Below are positions 26,831 through 37,340 of a DNA stretch of 64,000 bases, in pieces. The first letter of the stretch is position 1; the number at the start of each line of letters is the position of its first letter. The position numbers and the translations under genes are program-made. The notes under the pieces are model-generated. The model was not told the DNA's origin, made no database searches, and was given only the letters and a program-made list of their open reading frames with translations. The DNA is from Isurus oxyrinchus (Eukaryota), in assembly GCA_026770705.1 (NCBI GenBank), contig JANJGN010000008.1, positions 24,242,001-24,306,000 on the forward strand. The letters are read 5' to 3'.

Positions 26831-27777
26831 TGTGAGGAACCCTTTTTTGGAAAATTGGAGGGACATTGAATTTTGGACACTCGCTCCTGTCTTGGTTTTT
26901 ATATGCCTACCAGTTTAATTCTGGACTGTGATTATGCCATTTTTTTTCTCAAGAAACCACAGGTCAACAGCTAGATGTCCACCAGGGTTACCTGCTGAGA
27001 GAAGAGTTACTTTGTTTACCTGAGTTAAAGAAAAACTGCTGTTGCCAGGCTAGAAATTCTTGCTGGTTGGTTGAAAACACCTAGCCTAAGAGAAGTATTC
27101 TCTGAACATTTTATTCTTTTTGAATTCAGAGTCAGAGAGTGTGTGCGCAACTTGGAGGCAGGCTGCTAAAAGAAGATACCCTCCCTCTCTCTCTCTCTCC
27201 CTTGTATTACATGCCGTCCGGATTGGGCTAAGCCTCAGTCAGAAAATACTCAACAGAATAACAGTATTTTGAAAGTTTACAAGATGTGACAAGTGAGAGT
27301 TATCAAAGACAAATGTGTCACCAAGGATCCATCTGAAAGAACTTCCAGAACTACTGTGACCAGAATTCTATTGGATCAACAGAGTCAAGACCTTTCCAAA
27401 CTTTATCCTTTTAAGAAACCTTCCCATAATCTAGCCTCTGCAGAGGCCCAAGTTTGTTTTGTCCTGTTTTATGTTTGTTTTTGTGTGTGAGTTCATGGTT
27501 GTTGTTTTTTAAAAGGGGAAACATTGTTACACTTCCAAATTACAAATTGTAAATGAACCAGTTTTGCAACTTGTTTTAAAAAAGAAGCCTGCTTTATAAT
27601 AAATCAGTTATTTTGTGTTTATTGAAAGTTAAAGTCTTTTTATGCTGGGTACAGTAGTATCAAAGGAAAACAATTGGCCATTTCGGTGAGTGAATTAAAC
27701 ATTTAAACTATTGTTGGGACCTGTGGAGAAGTGGAGCTAGAATTAACCGTACACTCCTCCCATCACAGCCCGTAACA
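26831..27777 (+). mobile_element. 5' LTR of a Gypsy-type retrotransposon
   Basis: tgtgagg...ccgtaaca (TG..CA, imperfect inverted ends); aataaa at ~27598; followed by PBS-like ttggggtctc at 27782 and gag. Inserted into a CR1 tail (26695-26830). Confidence 0.75.
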
Positions 27778-27899
27778 TAGATTGGGGTCTCTTGAGGAAT
27801 TTGGAAAAGTGATTGGATGCAGATTAATATTAACTAAAAATACAATTTTTAAAAGATAAAATGGCAGATACCAGGTTTCTTATACATTAATAAACCAAA

Positions 27900-29600
27900 A
27901 TGGCTTTGGAAGTTGCTAAGACTGTTCTGGGAGTTGGGGATAGAACAGTAGATTGTTTGAAATCCTTGACTGCAGCTAAACTGAGAGAGTTAGCAGATAA
28001 ACTGAAGGTAAAAATAAAGGCAGGATCTTGTTAGAATAATGTGATTAAAGTAATTACCCGGCGTTTAGAATTAAAATAAATTGGTGTGTCATGGCTAGAG
28101 TTAGCTAGGATTCAGTTGCAAATGAAGCAGCTTGAGATAGAAAGAGAAAGGGAGATGAAAAAACTTGATTTGGATGAAAAAGAAAGAAAAAAAATTGAGC
28201 TTGAACTCCAGAGAGAGAAGTTATCAAGGGAGGAAAGAGAAAAGGAATGAGAAAGGGAATAAAAGCTTAGAAGGCTGGAATTAAAAATAGAGGCTTCAGA
28301 TGTTGGAGAAAGCTTTGATGATGGAAGGACTGCGCCCGACACAGAGATGTTTAAATTTGTACAAGCCCTTCCAGATTTTGAGGAAATTGATATAGAAGCA
28401 TTCTTCATTTCATTTGTGAAAGTAGCTAGGCAGATGAAATTGCCAAAAGAATACTGGACATTGCTCCTGCAGTAGGTTAGTGGGCAGGGCTCAAGAGGTT
28501 TATGCATCACTTTCAGAAGATTATGATGCAGTAAAGAAAGCTATTCTTAGTGCATATTAATTGGTCCCTGAGACGTACAGGCAAAAGGTTTGACACATAA
28601 GGAAACACCCTGGGCAGATCTACATTTAATTTGAGAAGGTAAAGCAAAGTAATTTTGACTATTGGATACTGGCATTAAAAGTAGATACTACATATGAAGC
28701 TCTTGGAGAAATAATCCTCCTAGAAAAATGTAAAAAGTCACTTCCTTCAATAATTAGAACCCATGTTGAAGACAAGAGGTTACAACAGCTCGACAGGCAG
28801 TGATGATGACTGATGATTATGAGCTGGTCCATAAATCCAAACCCTTTTTCCATCACCCCCACAAACCCAAGAAGGATAGAATGTTGGGGGGGGGGAGAGG
28901 TAAAAGGAAGGCAAGTAGCCAGGGAAGAGAAGGGACAGCTGGAAATACCCCAGGAACTCATACTCCAGCCAGAAAGGAAGTTGCCATGGGTGGAGTTGAT
29001 GTTCAAAGGTTTAAGTGTATCCATTGTAACAAGGCGGGACACATTCTGGCAAATTGCTGGAAATTGCATGGGAAATCCATCAGACTTATTGGGATACATA
29101 AAAATGATTCAGAAAAAAGAGCCCTAATTGAAAATACAGCAAGTCAAGTTGTCACATTAACTGCAGCTGTGAGTCCAAGTGTGAACACCACTGTGCGTTC
29201 ATGGGTGGTGACTAAGGTACATGAGAGTTATAAAGAATTTTTGTTGTGAGGGAAAGTAACTACTTACCTCTCAATTGAGACAGCTAAACCTATAATTATT
29301 TTGAGGGATACAGGGGCCAGCCAAACATTACTGCTGGGAAAAGACATGACCTTCCCACCAGAGCGTGCATTAAGTGCCAAGGTGTTGGTAAGGAGAATTG
29401 AAGGAGGGCACATGCCCAATCACTTATACTAGGTACACGTGGAGTGCAACCTTGTATCAGGACCGGTGACCATGGGAGTCCATTTTGCCATTGGATGAAA
29501 TCGACCATCTCCTCGGCAATGACCTGGCGGGATCAAAAGTGATAGCGTCTCCAATAGTCGCAGAGAAACCACTGGAATCAAAAGAAGCTGAAAGGGCTGG
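27900..29600 (+). pseudogene. Gypsy (Gmr1-like) gag-protease, degraded
   Basis: Glu/Lys coiled coil; F.KVARQMKLPKEYWTLLLQ..GRAQEVYA...ELVPETYRQ (SCAN-related gag); CCHC knuckle CIHCNKAGHILANC (29016); protease LRDTGASQTLL (29301). Many stops; no RT, IN or 3' LTR seen. Confidence 0.85.
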
Positions 29601-30164
29601 GAGAAGCCATAGTAATACAGGGAACCAGGAATGATTCAAAGACCTTAAATGGAGCAATAGAGTCTGTAAGGATTGGAGTGGGTAGGCAAGAGCTACCTGC
29701 AAATGAAGAGGCAGGGAACACACAGCCAAATTCTACAGAGGGGCAGAGAGCTAGAGAGTGTTCAGGGACCCAAAAGGAGGCAATAAAACCTATGAGAATA
29801 GGAGTAGATAAGGAACAACTTCTTGAGTTTAAAAAGGTCAAGGTTATGTCTGTGGAGATAACAGAGTTCCAGGAAGGACCGATGGAATTTAAAACTAGCA
29901 AAGAGAATGACTGGAAATTGGGTTAGTAGATATGTTTTTGCAGAATTAAACAGGGACCAGAGGAGTTCCAAGACAAGTAAGGAGACAGTGAGAGAGGTGC
30001 CATTCCTGGCTGCAGAGCCACTGGAAGTTTAAAGGGCCAAAGACAGACCCGCAGAAGTGCAAAGAGACAAGGTAGCAACTGAGGATATTGCTCAGATAGC
30101 AGAGGAGAACTTTGTTAGTGTTGGCAGATGGTTAAGGAGAAAGTCCAAGCATTGCCCTCAAGGA

Positions 30165-30488
30165 TAATCTTTAGAGTGGTGGAAGAATCAAGAACCAGAG
30201 AGCACAGATGTAAAGTAATTGACAAAAGAAGGAATAGCAACATAAGGAAAAACTTTTTTATGCAGCCAGTGGTTAACATCTGGAATGCACTGCCTGAGAT
30301 TGTGCTGGAGGCAGGTTCAACAGAGGCGTTCAAAAGGGAATTGAATAAATGTCTGAAAAGGAAAAATGTGCAGGGCTATAGGGAACAGGTAGCAAGTGGC
30401 AATAGGTGAATTTCTCCCGAGGAGGCCAGTGCCTACATGATGGGCCAAGTGGCCTCCTCCTATGCTTTAAACGTTCTATGATTCTATG
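30165..30488 (+). mobile_element. CR1 LINE 3' fragment
   Basis: EESRTREH...RKNFFMQPVVNIWNALPE; ttctatgattctatg tail. Confidence 0.9.
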
Positions 30489-31499
30489 AAGTGCGGCTTG
30501 AGCCTGCTTGCCCCCATGCTCAAAGGTGTCCTCCCATTGTTCTCTCAAACTCCAGGTTGGTTTTGATGGTTCTGATCCTGATCATATCCTGTGAATTTCA
30601 GGACCAAATGTTCAGTTAAGATCCCTAGGGGATACACTTGTTAAACCCCAGGGCTACATTATCCTATAATTTGGTATTGGGTAGCATGGGAAAATCCCTG
30701 AGTTTTAAGATCCTAGGGCAGCTTACAGCAACAACCATGACCCCTGTAACTGAGAAAATACTGAAGGGAATACTTATAATATAGAGATATTTCAGAATGT
30801 TCCAGTCAGCATATTACTGTGTTAAGGTAAGGCCTGAGTGTTAGAATTCTAGAATGATATAGCAACTCATAAATAATTTAATTTTTCCAATTTTATTTGC
30901 CATGTTGAAATGTACCTTTAGTGTTAATTCACAGTAAGTTGTTTCTATTTTCCATTTAATTTGCTGTTAAAAGTAACTTTTTGTAGCAGGCATTTTTCTA
31001 ATCCAATTCAAATGGAACAAAAAACAAAATGTGAAATATTCACATTGCTCTGTACAGAGTCCGAGTCAGGTCATCCTTCCTCACGCAATGTACTGTAACA
31101 CATTTCTGTTACTGCCAAATATATTCAACACTTCATCACTCAGCACATGGGAAATTATTGAATTCATAGCTTGTAAACTGTTTGCCCTAAAGGCATTTGC
31201 AGCAAGTTCACAGCTTTCTCATTCCACACAGCTCCCTGTGACTGAAACATGCCATTGGCAATACAATATGAAAACAGTGGCATTAGTTACAGTTACTGTA
31301 GTGCAAGTTATTGGGTCTTTGTATAGTTTATTATCTGTAAAGTAGACAGGTAGCATAGAGGAGAGCAGAGAATGGGAGGAGAATCTATAGCCATAACCCA
31401 CTGACCTTCCACATGCTTTCTCATTACCCTTCAATATTGTCTCAGAACATAATTTAATTATGTGGCTTCAATCCACAGGGGTCAGGAATCACTCATGCC

Positions 31500-31585
31500 A
31501 GACTGTCCAAAACAAATTGCAAGGAGTCTGGCGTCAAGGCAGCAGTGCCAGAAGAAATTTAATGCTCTTACATGTGCAGGTCAAA
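31500..31585 (+). pseudogene. Short Myb/SANT-like remnant of another Harbinger family
   Basis: ARSLASRQQCQKKFNALT followed by a donor-like caggtc resembles the third helix R...QCRKKFNDL. Confidence 0.4.
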
Positions 31586-32021
31586 GTCAGTCAGTGCATC
31601 TGCATGTCATATATAAGAGGGAAAGGATAGCTTCTGTGCCAGCTCACAAGAGGGCAAGGTTGTGGATGAGTTCTGATACAATAAACTCTGATTAGGACTT
31701 TTGATGGGGTAGCATACAGAAAAATGCTGATGGGCTTGACACATTGTGAAAATCTGGCATGATTCTGCCCAAAGTGCAGTTGTGGGCGGGTGAAACAACG
31801 TTTTATCCACTGGCCAGAATGGTGGCTTTACACATGGTATTGTCCCAAACCCGCCACATTAATTATGTATTCCTGGGAAACATTCCTTTTTGATGGCGGG
31901 CAGGCTCTCAGTTGCCTGCCATGCCATCACCTCGCCACTTCAGAACTCCAGTGCCATATTTAAAGTCCAGCTGTGTGCACACCTCTCAGTGCTTCCAGCC
32001 CATGACTACTGCAAAGGAGAC

Positions 32022-33575
32022 ATGACCCTGAAAGGCAAAAAGACTGTAGCCCGCAGGTTCAATGATATGTCCCTCGAGAACTTTTTGGATGCAGTGGAGG
32101 CTCGCTGTGATGTCCTCTACCCCTACTCTAGCCGCAGCATGGCAGCAACTTCACTAATTCGGCTTGGGAAGCCGTGGCAGTGGTGGTCAGCGCCAATGCC
32201 CTTCAAAAGAGGACAGCCACCCAGTGCTGTAAAAGAATGAATGGTCTCATCTGTTCCACCAGGTTAATTCACTCTTCTCATCACTCTCAACTCACACACT
32301 CACAAACACATCACACATCCACAAGGCTTCACATTTCAAGGGACAACACCACTAACTCTCACACTCACCCTCACATCCCCATCAGGATCATATCCTCTCG
32401 AGCTCACGTCCTCACCCTGTCCATGGCTCCGCTCACCATGCAAACATTCCATGCAGTGCCATGTGTCCTGCTCACACTCTATCCATCTGTTTTCATGCAG
32501 GAGAAGTCTGCTCACATCAGTGGGAGAGGTCCCAGGCTGGGGGTGGAGTGGCCCACATTAAACCCCTCACTCACTTTGAGGAGTGTGCCATCACACTGGT
32601 GAGGGCATGCACCGTGCCTGTGGTGACTGAGAGGTCGGCGGTGAACACCCTCGCAAGGATCCTGCACCACATTATCCATCTCTCAATGCAAATGTGTGCT
32701 CTCTCTGCTACTTTTGACTCTGCTGCCATGCACTAATTATCTCTACTTTGGTTCACAGGGAACTCTGCCAAGTGACCGACACCCTCAGCCAGCCAGTCCT
32801 CCGCTCCATCCAGGTCCTCACCTCTAAGTAAGAGGACATCTCCTCCATTGAAGAGCTGGAAATAGGCAGCCAGGAAGACCCATCACAGTGCTTACCCACA
32901 CCCACCACCAGCGCAGAGACACACACCTCGGTGGAACCTAAATCTAAAGCAGGCTCAGATTCACAATTTGATGACCATTGCAGCAGGAGGCAGGTTCAGC
33001 TGAGCTCCCGGGCACTCAGAGACTTGTTGGGGATCAGGCATCAGTGAGGTCTGAGTCAGATGACGAGCTTCTAGATTTGGCCTTCCAACTCATCCTGGAG
33101 AGTCAGCAGAAGGTGTGAGAACATCACACAGAGTTGTTGGAAGCCCTCAATAGAGTGGCTCATGAATCAGAGGAGTGCATCAGCCTGCTCTCTGATGAAG
33201 TGGTGCCCATGTGTACATGTATGGAGGTCTCCATGGGGAGGATGGTGGACACAATGGAGATCCTGGGCCCAGCAGAACATGGAGATGTGTGCAGACCTGC
33301 ACTTCATCGCGCTAGCCATGGGTGAGTTCCTGCAGTAGCAACATGAGAGGGAAACGGCGCACCTTAGCATCTCTCTAGGTGCTCCTTCCCCTCAAGGAGT
33401 CAGGCTGGGGCACCTGTGCATCCAAAGGGTGAAGGAGCGGCAGCTGGAAACCCCTGGGTCATCCAGTCAGGAATCTCATCCACTCAGGAGTCTCAGGGGC
33501 TGTCCACTCCACCCAAGTGCCCTTTACCTGTGAACCCCTCAATCTCATCCTCTGTCACTGCAGAGGTAGCAACTG
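32022..33575 (+). pseudogene. Myb/SANT-like DNA-binding protein gene (Harbinger ORF2), 3 exons
   Basis: Exon 1 32022-32263 (MTLKGKKTVARRFNDMSLENFLDAVEARCDVLYP...W.AVAVVVSANALQKRTATQCCKRMNGL). Exon 2 32501-32652 (tttcatgcag|GAGAAG). Exon 3 from 32759 (ttcacag|G). Intron positions match copy 2. Confidence 0.8.
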
Positions 33576-34449
33576 GCCAATGTGTGATTCTGGAGGGAGA
33601 AGTGTGGGTGTGGCAGGACCTTTCGAAGCCTTGTGCAAGCACTCTCACACACATGTGGATCCATCACGTATCATATCAATGCCCTGAGAATTTTCAATGC
33701 TGCCTGCTTGGGTTTGCTTTCAGTTGTCCATCTGAGCTGACCTGCAACTCTGCCCACCCAATGATCACACTCCCATGCAGCACCTGATCTCACCCACCAT
33801 GACTCTCGTTTCACTTTTGACCCTGGACAGCATGGTCGGGATCTGGTTTCTCATGCACTCCCCATCTTTTCCCCTCCCAAGTCACTAATTTCCTTTCCCC
33901 CATCACAGCTGACCCCCCAGGGATTACCTTCCACCTCCCATTCCATCACAGAAGGTCACCTAGCAGCCGCAGCCCTTTTCCTTCAGAGATGACCAGTTGA
34001 ACCCATATATTCCCTTCCTTCCTGAAAAGCCCACCCCCATCCACATTCGCCTCCCCATATTCCTCATTCCCACTCCCAGGGTCCGTGTCTGCCTCCAAGT
34101 CCCCACTAACCACCCTCGTTGTCCCTTCTACTGCTACCGTCGGACACTGACCCTCCCACCCTACCACATAACTCTGCCCTTGGTCATTTTCGCCATTTCC
34201 TTGTACCACGCCCACCCTCAGTCCTCTCTCCAGGAGTCAGTCATGGGACCCATCAGACCCCTCCTTTGCACATTCACCTGGATGTCCCTTCCTTGGGACC
34301 CCTTCCCCTTGCTGAACCCCTTCCCACCTGGAACCCCTTCACACCGCACCCCCACAACCCCAACTCCCCCCATTTGGACATCCCCCCCACCCCCAGCTGC
34401 TTAATCCCTCTGGATTCCCTCAGACTTCCTCTGCCACCCTTAGTCCTTC

Positions 34450-34680
34450 CCTCACTGACACCTCCCTCCAGCCTTACCTCTCCCTCTAGCCTTACCTTTC
34501 CCTCCAGCCTTACCTCTTCCTCCAGCTTTACTCCTTCCCCCTTCCTGACTCCTTCCTCTGCCCTTACTTCATCCTCTACCCTTACTCCCTCCCCTCTCTG
34601 CACTCCTTCCTCCCCCAGACTTCCTCGCCACTCCACATTCCTCCCTCCCTGAACTCCTTCCCTTACACCTTCCAACCCCT
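34450..34680 (+). repeat. 18-bp pyrimidine-rich tandem repeat inside the element
   Basis: Unit ~ccttacctctccctccag; counterpart in copy 2 at ~7050-7200 (ggaaggagtccaggggga). Confidence 0.75.
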
Positions 34681-36281
34681 TACACTTACCTCCCCCATTG
34701 CCATCTTCTTCCCGTTACCCCCCTCCTCCCCCCATACTCCCTCCCCCCCCTCCCAACCTCACCCTCCCCGACATCTACATTCTCTCCCTGCCAACCTCAC
34801 CCCCACTGACACCTTCATTCCCCCATCCCAACCTCACCCCCCTGATACCTCTTCCTCTCCCAGTTGATCTTAGACCTTCCTCCTCCACCCCCTCGACCAT
34901 CATCCACTGTGAGCATCAATGGTGACTTTCTATCTTCCGTGAGCTGCTTCACAGCAGAGCCAGGACCATGAGAATCCACCCAGCATGCCATGGACGTTCC
35001 TCCAGGATCCCATTGCTGTCAGGCTCCAGTATCTTCTGCTCCTCGGATGTCTGCCCTGTGAGAAAGGCCCTAGCGGCAAGTCCCGACTTATGCACATCAC
35101 AGTTGTCAAGACATTTTCTGCACCAAAACATTAGTGTTTTCCCGCTAACGTGGGCAGTGGCGGGGGGATGAGATTGGCGAGCTGGCCTTATAATATGTTA
35201 ACATATTACAATGAGGTTCCCGATGTCCGATGGCGGGGAATGTGGCCTGCTGAGTGGCCAATTGCAAACTGGTGAAAACGATGTCATGAAATCAATTTTT
35301 GGGCTTCTCGCCATATGTCTGCTCACACCACCAAACACGCCTGACTCCAGCGGGCACAGAAAATTGCAGCCATTGGCAGGCCTGCCGCAGAGCCACTTGT
35401 CACTGAAGGACCATGGAGGAGTCCAGTTCCAGCAAGGCATAGGGTATCATTCAGAGCTTGGAGCCCATCCTTTCCACTGTGGAAATGGTGGCCGACTACA
35501 TGACTGCACCAGTAGACCCTTCCATGATGGAGCATCTGGTGGCTACTGTCGCAGCTTTCCTTCCTGACCTGCTGAATTAGCTAGACGAGGGGGATGGATG
35601 GCTGTTGGGTGGATAAGTCTTTGGCATTCAGACCGCAGCCGGGGAGGGAGTGATTGGAAAGGACTGAAGGGAGAACAGAGACATCAGTGGATGGTCGGCA
35701 AGTAGAGTTCAAAGACTTGAGGGGATATTGGATGCAGTTGGTTCAGGGAAAGAAGGGTTGGGGGTGGATTGGTTTGGATGGCAGGGGAGATGGGGAGGGG
35801 TGCTGGGTAATCAGAAAGGTCGAGTAGGAGATCAGAAAGATTAGATTGGGAAGCCAGATGGGAGTTAGGTGTTGTGAGGGAGATATGAAGGGTTGTAGGA
35901 CGATTGCAAGGACTGGGGAGGAGATCGTGGCAGGAGAATATCCAATCACAGGGAGGCGTTAGGGCTAGGCAGAAGCTGCTACGTTGAATCCAACAAGAAT
36001 GAGGAAAAACACTGGCCTGCTGGATCTGGCATTCTTGTCTCCCTATAGCTACCAGGTTAAATTTAAAATTTGGATTAAATTGGAGGCACACAGCCTCCTA
36101 ATATTTAAATGAGGGATCTGCCTCCTGAAATGTGACCTCCCTTTCTGTCTCCATTCAAACTGGAAGCAACAAGTTTGAGGTATGTTGGGGTCAGATTCAA
36201 GATGTTTATGCAGCATCCCACCTGTCTGATGGGGTTAACGTTCCAGTGTAAGTATTTGACATAAAAAGTATTGGAGAAAGT

Positions 36282-37340
36282 AAAACAAAAACAGAATTAC
36301 CTGGAAAAACTCAGCAGGTCTGGCAGCATCGGCGGAGAAGAAATGAGTTGACGTTTCGAGTCTTCATGACCCTTCGACAGAACTTGATTTCGAGTCCAGG
36401 AAAGAGTTGAAATATAAGCTGGTTTAAGGTGTGTGGGGGGGGGCGCGGAGAGAGAGAGAGAGACAGAGGTGCTTGTGTAGACAAACAAGCAGTGATAGAA
36501 GCAGATCATCAAAAGATGTCAGTGACAATGGGACAAAAGAACACATAGGTGTTAAAGTTAAAGTTGGTGATATTATCTAAACGAACGTGCTAATTAAGAA
36601 TGGATGGTAGGGCACTCAAGGTACAGCTCTAGTGGGGGTGGGGGGAGCATAAAAGATTTAAAAATATTTAAAAATAAGTGGGAAAAGAAAAATCTGTAAA
36701 ATTTATAGGGAAAAAAAAAAGGGGGGAAAAAAAGGGGGGGAAAACAGAAAGGGGGTGGGGATGGGGGAGGGAGCTCACGACCTAAAGTTATTGAATTCAA
36801 TATTCAGACCGGAAGGCTGTAAGGTGCCTAGTCGGAAGATGAGGTGTTGTTCCTCCAGTTTGCGTTGGGCTTCACTGGAACAATGCAGCAAGCCAAGGAC
36901 AGACATGTGGGCAAGAGAGCAGGGTGGAGTGTTAAAATGGCAAGCGACAGGGAGGTTTGGGTCATTCTTGCGGACAGACCGCAGGTGTTCTGCAAAGCGG
37001 TCGCCCAGTTTACGTTTGGTCTCTCCAATGTAGAGGAGACCACATTGGGAGCAACGAATGCAGTAGACTAAGTTGGGGGAAATGCAAGTGAAATGCTGCT
37101 TCACTTGAAAGGAGTGTTTGGGCCCTTGGACGGTGAGGAGAGAGGAAGTGAAGGGGCAGGTGTTACATCTTTTGCGTGGGCATGGGGTGGTGCCATAGGA
37201 GGGGGTTGAGGAGTAGGGGGTGATGGAGGAGTGGACCAGGGTGTCCCGGAGGGAGCGATCCCTACGGAATGCCGATAAGGGGGGTGAAGGGAAGATGTGT
37301 TTGGTGGTGGCATCATGCTGGAGTTGGCGGAAATGGCGGA
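36282..37340 (-). repeat. 1059-bp inverted copy of the PLE 3' region
   Basis: Mirror ORFs in the track are identical except LISS vs LVSS; coordinates pair with a constant sum of 76280. Confidence 0.97.

Larger units (their letters stand above)
31756..35371 (+). mobile_element. Harbinger-type Myb-carrying element, copy 3 (most complete)
   Basis: Termini ggcatgattctg / aaaattgcagcc (imperfect); tttaaa TATA-like box at ~31959 before the Myb ATG; colinear with copies 1 and 2. TSD not resolvable. Confidence 0.8.

Noticed and set aside
34119-34675. 177-aa and 133-aa repeat-rich ORFs
   Set aside because: Produced by an 18-bp low-complexity array; no independent coding evidence.
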